A stretch of DNA of 64,000 bases from the NCBI GenBank assembly GCA_002633005.1, contig NMRA01000214.1, forward strand, positions 518,414-582,413. Direction: 5' to 3'. Shown piece by piece: positions 39,901 to 49,300 of this stretch. The position numbers and the translations under genes were made by a program. Positions within the stretch are counted from its first letter, which is position 1; every line of letters begins with the position of its first letter. The notes under the pieces are model-generated. The model was not told the DNA's origin, made no database searches, and saw nothing but the letters and a program-made list of their open reading frames with translations. This DNA is from Phoronis australis. Taxonomy: Eukaryota; Animalia; Phoronida.

Positions 39901-42900
39901 ATCAATATCACCTCAAACAAGGTTCTCTATGGTTGTTCACAGTCAACTAACCCCGATAAAAATTAACCACAACTCCGCTACCTATCTACCGCCCACACTT
40001 TACTTTGCACCACTTGTATGCTGTGACTAGACAAAACTGTGTAATTACCAATCAATAATGGAAATGCAAGGTATAAATCCCAATTGTATTTGAGTGATTC
40101 AGCAAAGTGGAGTGTAATGCCCGTTCTATGGCAGGCTAACATTAGGGATACCTTTCCTAATTAACAGTTTCCTAAAATAACAAAAGTAGTAAACAGATAG
40201 TATGAATTACAAATTGATGTACAACTAAATGGCAAATACTTTATAATTTCCTACAGTAAACTTTCATTTGAATTGATTTTAAATGGATTTTCCCATGAAG
40301 ATAAAGAATTTAATTTTGCAACAGAAAAATTTGTTGAAGAGAGATTTATTGCATGACACTGACTCCATCAGAGGTACATCATGAAGACTGTCTAATTTTT
40401 AAGAGTGTCATGTAAACATGTGCTTTCTGTCAAAAATCAAGTTTTGATTTAGACCACTCACTGCTATGAAATTGGTCTCAAACTGTTCTTTTAGACAGTA
40501 CCGGTAACTGTAATTTACTGTCAATTTCTAATTAGGAGTATAACTAAAGGCCAGGGTGGGGATATGACCAAGCAGAGCTTTCCGACAGTGACAGCTGATC
40601 ACGTGACTTTCCCAGTCATACTGCTTTCGTTGTTGGTGAGCTTTCCAGGACATAACTGTAACTTTCCACAACTCGTTTTTCAAACAGTTACGTTGTAGTT
40701 GTACTTAAAATTCTTGCCAAACATGACGGGACAAACTCGCGATGTGACTAACAAAACGGTGGGTCGTCATGTACCTTTTTGAAACGTTCCATGTATTGTT
40801 TTTTCCCTTTTCTATGACTCTTCAATACAGAAAATTTTTTCTTGCAAATTTATGATGAGTGAAAACATTTTTATCAGCACAAAAGTATTCCTACTTCATT
40901 CATAGACGAAACATTGAACCAATAATATTTTTAATAGCATATTCAACCCATTTACCTTCCACCAGACAATACTATGAGCATTCATTATAATTTTAAAAGC
41001 TTCAGAAGAATTAAATACGAGTACATTTGACAAAAGGTTTTGTCATTTTGCCATCTCCACATCAGAGGCCATTTGCCCATAGATACAATAAAAAAACAAT
41101 TGCAGGCGGTCTGATACACGTTGTACCAGACGTGCGCAGGCCTCGCATGTGGGCCCATTGCACTGATCACCTGGAACTATTTTTATGCTTTATTAATATA
41201 CGGTTAAAAGTGAGCTGAGGAGCTAGAAACCTGGCTCAAGGGTTTAGCAGTGTGACCTGGTAGATACAACAAAAACAGGAGTATGCTGTGGTAAGAATAA
41301 TATCATAACTACGTCACTATTATGAAAGGTAATGTTATAACTACGTCACTATTATGAAAGGTAATGTTATAACTACGTCACTATTATGAAAGGTAATGTT
41401 ATAACTACGTCACTATTATGAAAGGTAATGTTATAACTACGTCACTATTATGAAAGGTAATGTTATAACTACGTCACTAAGGAAACAGGTTTTGCAACGG
41501 CAACAGTTAACGAGATTTGTGTCAGAAATGTGACAAGTGTGGGTTATACTGTAGACAGGAAAGAACAATCGCCCACGTGTGTTAAAATTAAGTAACAGAA
41601 TGCTCTGTTGTAAAAATATCAACTTTGTTCAGAGATGTATTTCAACGCACCCTTTTACCGTGAATGCAATCTCAGAAGTCAAACAGATTGAAAAATTACC
41701 TGTTTCAGCTTTAGTCATGGCTAATGAGAGATAGATCGGTGTTCCTGATGACAAGGAATTCTGCCTACACCGATCTGTATTCAAATTTATTGGCGAAGTA
41801 CACACAACCGCGACCGCGATATGGGCCATGCTGGAGATTTATGTCTGATGGCTTGGAATATCAGAGCAACATACTAGTCTGTCGTTAAGTTCACAAAAAT
41901 GCTTTTCTCCAAAATTCATTCACCAACTGAAAAGTATCTGTAAATCACTCCGCCTTGCAAGGCAAACTCAACTTTACATTTGACTTATACTCTGCCAGCC
42001 ACTGAGCCAATCAGTAAGTCAACTTGGATGTTTATAGCCAGCCCATGGTCACCATCACAGGTTCGTGTGTTACTGTTTTGAATTTTCGGTTCTGTTTTAA
42101 CATTCGCTGCTGGAAAAAGGCTAGAAATGTGACATAATGAGAGTCGTACAATAACACAACGCCACAAGTTTGCCAAAGCAACAGCCAGACGTCCTTGAAC
42201 TTGGAGACCTGAGCCGTGCCAAGTTCTCGATGGTCCTACAACTCCCTCGCTCTCTTCTCTTACCAATATTTTCCTGACTCATATTTTTCATATATGCAAT
42301 AGAAATATTCCTGTCTTAGTCCAGAACTTATTATTCCAACCACCAGAACATTTGCACATAATTAACCAGAATAAGCTATTGAGCTGACAAATATAAGAAC
42401 ACATTGTAAAGCCTTCCAAGTCATGACAAAATGACACCAGACCTAAATTGGCAATCAGTGATACAGTACCTGAGCACTGCTCACCAAGGGCGCAGGCTTC
42501 ATGGTTGAACGTTATCATTTTGCTCAAGAATAGACTGGGATGAACTTACATTTTGAATCATTGTGTGCCAATCGGCTGCTTGATTCTGCCCTAAGGCAAA
42601 AAAAGCCATTACCTCCATCTTGAACTTCAAACTGTTTTCATATTTTTTATGGTTTTCCTTCTCTTAACCCCATTTCAATGTATTTCTGTTGCTGCCTGTT
42701 CAGAAGTCTTCATATAACCGGTGGTAGTCTGAGATTCCCAGTCAAATACTAATTATCGTTGGTATGTGTAATATTTTACTACTCCAGCAACATTTTAAGG
42801 AATAATCACGTTTTGAATCTGAGAATCAAAGTCTGAAATCCAATACAAATGCAGCAATGAGTCAAGTTTAACCAGGAGAACATTGCCAAAAGATTTTAAT

Positions 42901-45900
42901 AGGTCATTTGGTACTACTAATGATAGTTTTGACCTGAAATTACCGGCTTTATAAGAAAATATGAGGAGCAAAAGCCATTGACGCAAGACACTGGCAGGTG
43001 TGATCATGCAGGGGCTTCTCAAGTCCCCCACCAACTCATTTGCTCCTATGGTCTTGAGGCAGGGTGTTCTAAATTTAAGAATGTTATATCTCCTTTTAGA
43101 CACCCTCAAAGGTCTCCTTTTAATAGGTAAGTACTTAGTACTTAGGATAAGGTAGGTATTATCCCTTCAACTATGTGGATAGCAAAATAGTTAGATCATC
43201 CCAACAATGTAAAGGCACATGCCTTGAAATGTTAAACCAGATTACAAGTAATAGTAAAGGACTAGTGAGGGAAATGGTGGTGGTCTTCAAGCTTAATGGC
43301 TTTGAAGCATGTTTGTAAGTGGCACATTTTAACAAAGAAAAAAGAAGTCAATATGATCACAGAGCTTACTGGTGAAAGAAGCAACTTAGAGAACTGATTT
43401 GGTTAAATTTTGGAATAAGATTAAGGTTACGTACTGCCTATGACAAAAACAATCAGAGATAAAATACCGTTTCCCCATAAAGACGGCTGAGGTGTGCATG
43501 CTTTCCGCACGTGGTTTTAATCTGCATCTAATAGAATGAAATCTCCATTTATTGCTGAAATTCATTAGGCAATGTGTATTTTCCACTAGAAATGCCAACA
43601 TTTTTATCCTGATCATAACATTTATACCAGACAAAAATGGACTTTTCAAACAGTAAAGCAATATCAAAATACATTACCATAATACTGTACTTGGCTAATC
43701 AGCAATGAAATAAATCTGCAAATTCCAAGACAAAATAGTTCATCAATCCATACTCAACAATAAACCCGTAACTTATCTCAATAAAAAAACTTCTATTTAG
43801 TCTATATACAAATATAAATTCAATCAAATCATATTCCTTATTAATTAATTTATAGGCTTAATAACAGCTAAGATGTCTTTATCTAGTAAATCAGACTCAA
43901 GGACTTTCCTCGTATTACAACAGGTTACTTTCAGCTGCCCAAGCATTATGACCAACAGAGGAATCCCAGGTGTTTCATTGGGACCCAATAGTAAGAGTAA
44001 AGGATAAGAATGCTGTTATGACATAGTAAATGGAATACCAAATAACCTTGTGAAGAACGTTGTTTTTGACACCAGAGTGTGAGCAGCTCAAGAACAGTTG
44101 AATGGAAACCTCGTTTATCTAAAGCTCTAAAATCAGCAATGTACCACACAACGTTTCACACAACCTAGTGAAATCTTTCACAATGGCAGCAAAAATGTTG
44201 ACAACAAAAGAACTGTGACTAAGCGATCATTTGAAATGGAACTTAACTTAAAACATTAAACAAGACAAGTCTAACACCCCACAGATAAATATCGGAAGTA
44301 TTTAAAACCCTTTTCAAGTATTCAGGAAGTTGTAACTAACAGATCTAGAGAAATTATGTTACCTATTGTAATCAAAACCTGTTCAGGTTTGTGACTCATG
44401 AGGTGAACCTGCGCTGTTACTGGGATCAAGAAGTTTTTCAATTCAGATACTTCCTTTCAGCTCTTGCCAACTCTGCATCATTTATAGGGGCCAGGACTTT
44501 TGTAACCCCCTCCCCTGTACGATTTTTGCTTGCTTTTTGTGACTTTAGTTCTGTTTGGCAACATGAAACTTTTGCCAGGTCACATGTGGTAGTTGTCAGT
44601 ACTGTACCCTAGAAGCATTGAGCCCTGTATGAGTATCCACAGCTATCCTGCTGTATATTCCAGGCATGTGTATGTATACACTGGCTGGGATATCATACTC
44701 CTGTAGTTGTGACTGGTATTTGGCACATGTGGCATGCATTACCACAGTGATTGCATTACACTTGGTCTCAGTAACTTCATCCAGAAGTGGGTTACCAGTT
44801 TTGCACTTAAAACAACAAATTATGGAAGTTGACACAGAATGATAAACTTTGCAACTACCTTTCCAGCGCTGCTTAAAAGAAATTATTCGTCCCATTTTTA
44901 ACTCATGTTGATCCTGTTTTACTTACTTAAGTTACATGTTCACCTGTGGTTACAATTCAATGGTCGTAAAAAGTCAAAACGGTGAATTACTCAGACACGG
45001 TGACAAGATGAGATATTTGAGGATCACTTGGAGACATAAACTGAAATGCAGCTTAATGCTGACAGCCATATATCACTATGCTGACATTCCATGTCAATGA
45101 AGATCTGACTGGTCTATACATGCCCAGGAGGGACCCACAATATCTCAACAATAATGATTTTGAGATAGGAAAATCGTGACTCTTTGAGACACTTGATTTT
45201 CAAGGAAACTATAGATTTCATACAGGCCCTTTATGACTTCAAAGTGCAAAATGTTGTTCACGCAAAATGACACAAGTCATGTTAAATGTCACGTTTAGTT
45301 ATAGCACTTCATATTGGGAAACACTATAGTAAGGTACTTATTTAGACTCAGTAACATGGCTTACACAGATAACATAGATACTATCTTCAAAGCCAGACAA
45401 GACAAACAATGATGGCAAACACTACAGTTGACAGCATGTAGTTCCAGCAACAATAGATTGTCTTCCAGATAATTGAAAAATCTTGACGAAAAGGATAAAA
45501 GTTGAGGATAATATGCATAATTTACAATTTTCTTTTCAATAAATGTCCTTGTATCAATCTAAAATGTTATTAAACACCCAGAACTTATTTTTAAAAACAA
45601 TGAAGCAGCTTAGGGACTTATAAATCGTTTTGTTTAATTGTTTGAATATGAGATAAAACTCGGGTGCACATAACTGAAGTTAGTAATTCAGATTTTCTTA
45701 AACTTTGCTCTGGTTCTTTCCACTACGAACAAAGGTCCATTTGGCACAAAAAGTCACTGTTAATCATAACTCATACTTCGCAGCCAGTCGAGGTCAACGA
45801 AGTACCGTATGATCAATTTCAACTTAGCAATGCTATTCTAAAATTTCGTACACACACAATGAAAGAATAGACACTTACGTCTGATTTCTTCACAAGTTTC

Positions 45901-45971
45901 CAAGATCCCTCATCACCGATGTAGTCGAATACCTTTTGTTTGAGTTCTTCGGCTTGTTCTGCGTAGCTCAT
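9823..45971 (-). CDS. STARD5: StAR-related lipid transfer (START) domain protein, STARD4/5/6 subfamily, most like STARD5; 6 coding exons, 209 aa
   Basis: Exons 45971-45879, 16975-16926, 15438-15306, 13850-13736, 12321-12228 and 9967-9823 (93/50/133/115/94/145 nt, all GT-AG) splice in frame to MSYAEQAEELKQKVFDYIGDEGSWKLVKKSD-KDVTVWSRPSNDFDGHM-YKAEGMVDGAPEKVFEYADPVPAGPRSQWDKAVKSLINVETISD-NLSVVRTCTHSAHKGIISGRDFVDLSYRVKGDGFIATI-AKSIDHPSVPAVSEYVRGKNYPCGIVCYSVPG-EPNKTKVVHLTNAELGGMLPRTVVELALPSNIIDFYKHLREVLADKN*. START motifs R.QWD, IS.RDFVD, VRG.NYPCG and L.G.LP are present, and intron positions match recalled vertebrate STARD5. Confidence 0.92.
12228..12321 (-). CDS. STARD5: STARD5-like exon 5
   Basis: 94 nt, contains YVRGKNYPCG; donor GTGAGT. 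Confidence 0.92.
12759..12986. mobile_element. Small TIR element (MITE-like) in STARD intron 4
   Basis: 5' cagactagatcttgacaaagtctctcaaact is imperfectly complementary to 3' agtttgacagagttctgtcgaagtctgtctagttt. Confidence 0.45.
13736..13850 (-). CDS. STARD5: STARD5-like exon 4
   Basis: 115 nt, contains IISGRDFVDL; donor GTAAGT. Confidence 0.92.
15306..15438 (-). CDS. STARD5: STARD5-like exon 3
   Basis: 133 nt, YKAEGMVDG...RSQWDKAV...ETISD; donor GTAAGT. Confidence 0.92.
15820..15917. repeat. 46-bp tandem repeat, ~2 copies
   Basis: tgcattttcaaattacaccccactcaccctgat(t/c)acctgaagacag occurs twice. Confidence 0.85.
16926..16975 (-). CDS. STARD5: STARD5-like exon 2
   Basis: 50 nt, KDVTVWSRPSNDFDGH(M); ttccattttcag acceptor, GTGAGT donor. 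Confidence 0.9.
17362..17727. mobile_element. Repeat family C, non-autonomous TTAA-flanked (Kolobok-like) element
   Basis: Begins TTAA-AAGGATACC and is colinear with 49173-49523 and a partial copy at ~30350-30545. Confidence 0.65.
18818..19040 (+). mobile_element. tRNA-derived SINE inserted into a MITE family A copy
   Basis: Pol III A box TGGCTCAGTGG (18828-18838) and B box GGTTCGAATC (18875-18884), followed by a non-tRNA body with gtgaatgtgtgcatggga repeats. It interrupts family A sequence (18670-18817 / ~19110-19180). Confidence 0.65.
20188..21579. repeat. ~0.7-kb tandem duplication across a single N (probable allelic assembly artefact)
   Basis: 20188-20909 and 20921-21579 are near identical, with N at 20910. 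This explains the duplicated short ORFs in the track. Confidence 0.85.
25420..25434 (-). CDS. Candidate 15-nt microexon (DIEHL) in STARD5-like intron 1
   Basis: Minus strand reads ttttccttcctgtccag|GATATAGAGCACTTG|gtgagt; symmetric phase 0, no stop in the STARD frame. Confidence 0.5.
30350..30545. mobile_element. Repeat family C partial copy
   Basis: Shares ccagttctctgaaacaaaatactgttctgtaaccctcgacaaccctcaaaag with the other two copies. Confidence 0.6.
34217..34303. repeat. Short palindromic (hairpin) repeat family D; inverted second copy at ~36026-36112
   Basis: cccacattttgagaaccagttt...aaactggttctcaaaaagtgg; the 36026-36112 copy carries the reverse-complement loop. Confidence 0.65.
38431..38644. 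repeat. Long foldback inverted repeat (91-bp arms, 32-nt spacer)
   Basis: 38431-38521 is nearly the exact reverse complement of 38554-38644. Confidence 0.9.
41305..41479. repeat. 32-bp minisatellite, ~5.5 perfect copies
   Basis: Unit ataactacgtcactattatgaaaggtaatgtt. Confidence 0.95.
45879..45971 (-). CDS. STARD5: STARD5-like exon 1
   Basis: ATG at 45971; MSYAEQAEELKQKVFDYIGDEGSWKLVKKSD; donor GTAAGT; phase 0. Confidence 0.88.
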
Positions 45972-46329
45972 CTTGATTACGTGTCTTATGTGAAACCTTG
46001 TCACGTTTCAAACGCCTGGAATGTCAACTCAAAGACTACCCGAATGTGCTGTCTGCTCCAACTAAAGTAGCCATCGACTTACGGCATTTTTAGAACGACA
46101 ATAAATGGTATCCGTAAAAATTATATTTTATGAATATTATTTACATAAACAAATTCACCATTTACTCCATCTCCAAATAAACCATTTTAGTTCAAACTAA
46201 ACGTGTGCTGCGAAATATTACTTTACGATTTTCCGGTTGTGCGACCTATTTACGATAGTCCAGAAGAGCTCGAGAAAAACATAAACCATACGGTTGTACG
46301 GTTTACATAACATTCACGTTTTGTGTGTC
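45972..46329. promoter_or_regulatory. Bidirectional promoter and 5' UTRs between STARD5-like (-) and HAX1 (+)
   Basis: Only 358 bp separate the divergent start codons. The segment is relatively CpG-containing and has an ETS-like TTCCGG at 46231-46236. Confidence 0.7.
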
Positions 46330-46364
46330 ATGGATGATTTGTTTAAGAATTTTTTCGGTAGAAG
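46330..46364 (+). CDS. HAX1: HAX1 exon 1
   Basis: gtcATGG start; MDDLFKNFFGR; donor AG|GTAAAT, phase 2. Confidence 0.85.
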
Positions 46365-49300
46365 GTAAATGCTTGTTTAGCTTAACGTCAACACATTATG
46401 TTAGAGCGATGTCTGGTCTGAGATTTATTTTCTGTAGTGAGTGCTGTAGTGTGAGTGTTTTTCGTTCTCGAATTCGTGACGACTGATGCAATCGCAAGAC
46501 ACAATCACATCAACAAATCGGGAATATGAGTAGAGCCTACATCGTAAACGATTTAGGTTTTGCTTGTCAAATAGTTATCACTAGTTGCAGGAGTCCTCAC
46601 TTGTTTATTGTTAAGCAAAACTGCAGAAGTATAAGTTGATGCTCCCAACGATCTAGGTAAAAAGACGTACAAACTACACTGTTTCTTGAGTAAGCTAATT
46701 TGATTATTGGGGGGTTGGCCGATAGCAAGCCCTAATTTAGAGAACCAGGCAATCACTGAATAATGGGCCCAATATTCCTTGATTGCCTGGTTCTTAAATT
46801 TTTCCCACTGTAATCCATCTAGTGTGAACGAAAGACGTAAATTAATAATCGAAAACTTCGGGGAAACTCACTGAAATGTTTCACTTGATGATGTATTGAT
46901 GTCTGGCTCCTAGTATTAAGAATTTATGACTCTGATTCTCAAGATTATTGCCTCATCGTTTGCCGATATTCTAAGACATCTCCAAGGCCGTGGACCATGA
47001 ATTGTATAATTTTTAATTTGTTTAAAAATCTGACTGTAGCGTCTATTGGAAGTCTGAGTCGACATTTTTTTGGCGTTGTAAATGCTAAAATTGCTGCTGT
47101 TGTCTGAGAATGATGTTACTATGGCTAAGTCCGGTCTGCATCCTACATACAGTCAAAAATAATTGCCAAAATTTCTCTTCATTAATTTTTCAGAGGCTTG
47201 ATATTGTTGTTAATGTGTACAATTCTTCAAAATATCCAGTGCTTGCTACTGTACAGAACATGGTGAAGCACTTATTTGGACAACATTAAATTATATAAAA
47301 GTGAGAAAACAAAATGTCGCTCTTGGTCAAATTGTGACTTTACTGTATTGCCAGTGAGTGGATTACGTGCCCCTCTAGGGTCCTTACTCACCCCTAGAGG
47401 AAGAGGTGCCGGTGTTTTCTGATGGGGGATTTTTTGCATCAGTGTCTGTTTTCTGGTTTCAAGCTTGTGGTCTCACTTGGACTAGCCTCTAGATGGTGAA
47501 CAGCTTTAAGTCCTCATTCCTATGTAGTCACCCTTGTGTTCTGTTCCTATAGAGAATGAAAATGCCCAGACTATATGGTTGACATCTTGCTAGCTGAGCT
47601 GAATTATAACCACCACAGTATACATCAACAGGTCAGGGAAATTTAAGGAAGACAAACGACATGATGACTTCATAAAAGACTTTGATGACCTTCGACCTGA
47701 TGGCGGCCCTTATCCTGACGAACACAACCATTTCCCCACTGAGGAGGAGTTCTTCCATGACTTTCGCATCCCTGAGCCACGTGACATGTTTCAGCACTTT
47801 GAAGAGATCCTGCGAAACTTTGGCATGGCAGAGTTTTCAGTCAAACACAGAGGTGAGTTTGTTGGGTGTAGACAAAAGGCATTAGTACTCGCGGCAAAAA
47901 CAAAATGTTTTCAACCTGTGAAACCAAGAAGGCTGTAGTGGGAGTTCTAAAACAGGGCAAGATACTTGCTCACAAAACTAGAGTGACAACATGCTTTACC
48001 TGTAATACATGTCGACTTGCAGTGAAAACTTGTGTGATTGTGCGTTTTTGTGAGTTTCTTGCATCTACGGAAGGCAGCCCAGAATAACTCATTCCTCGTT
48101 TGTGCTCTCACAGACAATTATGGAGTGGGAAAGTTTGATTTCCCAGTGCTGGGTGAGTGTGCTATTATACTAATACTTGCTGTACCAAGCAGCAGAGGCA
48201 CAGGCAAAAAACTGCTCAGAAATAAGAGTAATGTCATGATTTGCACTCATATTTTAGAATTTGGTGTCCCAATAAAATAGCGAGTTAAAAAAACGCCGAA
48301 TGTCCGGCGCCGTTATGAGTGACACGAGTGAGGCCAATTTTCTTCTCGTATTTTGCAATTTTCCACTTGTGTCGAGTCTTGCCATACCCTGCAATTTCTG
48401 TATGTCTGGGATTTATTAGCTGTTACTACATTATGGCTGGTAGAAAAATTCGGAAGTCTGCTGTTTTATGTGGGCAGTTCCATGCTAATAGGCCCATCAG
48501 AGAGGTAGAAAAATTCATTTTTCAAATTGTCAGGTACTCCCAAGTCATTTAACAAGGTAAGCACATGCACCACTGATATTTGCCCTTTTGGCCTTTGGTG
48601 TTGACATTTCAACTCAGAATATAATTATGCAAGTTTGCCAGCATGATGAATTACATAAACATTAAGTTATCTGATAGTGTATAGTAGATTTGCATGGCAA
48701 GATGCAGGGCAAGTGATTGACACGTGTGTTGCATTGTGGATAAATACTTTAGAATGAGGCTATTTGTCATTCAGGTTTTTGTCACATCCTATTTTGCTGT
48801 TTGCACAGCCTTCTCACTAGATGGCGCAACTGCAATGGATGCAGCGTGCCTTTCTTTGCTCTATTCGAGTTGTGTGCCCATGGGGATTGTACGCTTAGGT
48901 TGAGGCGTGTCCGGTAATCGCTGTTTATGTAGTTTGTGTTATTTTGTAAAGATGCTTATCAAACATGATGAATGACTCGGATGGCATTTCAAGTCAGCTC
49001 ATGATAATGCTGAAGGCAAGTGAAGTTAGTGAACTACTGTGTCTACTGACTGGATGATGACTGGGTTCCATTTCATTGTTTGTAAATGTTAAAATCAAAG
49101 ATTTTGTTGAAATTGGGTTCCATTGCTGTGAAGACATTTTATTCAGATTTGCGTTCTTCTCAATATGGTTTCTTAAAAGGATACCAAACTCGGTTTTGGC
49201 CAGTTAACAGATATTGAAAACGACTTTGCTGTTCAGTTCTCTGAAACAAAATAAGGCTCTGTAACCCGCGGCAACCCTCAAAAGTTGGTAGGAAAATTTG

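Noticed and set aside
41305-41479. 32-bp repeats resembling a CRISPR array
   Set aside because: The units are directly adjacent with no unique spacers, there are no cas genes, and the context is a eukaryotic intron. It is a minisatellite.
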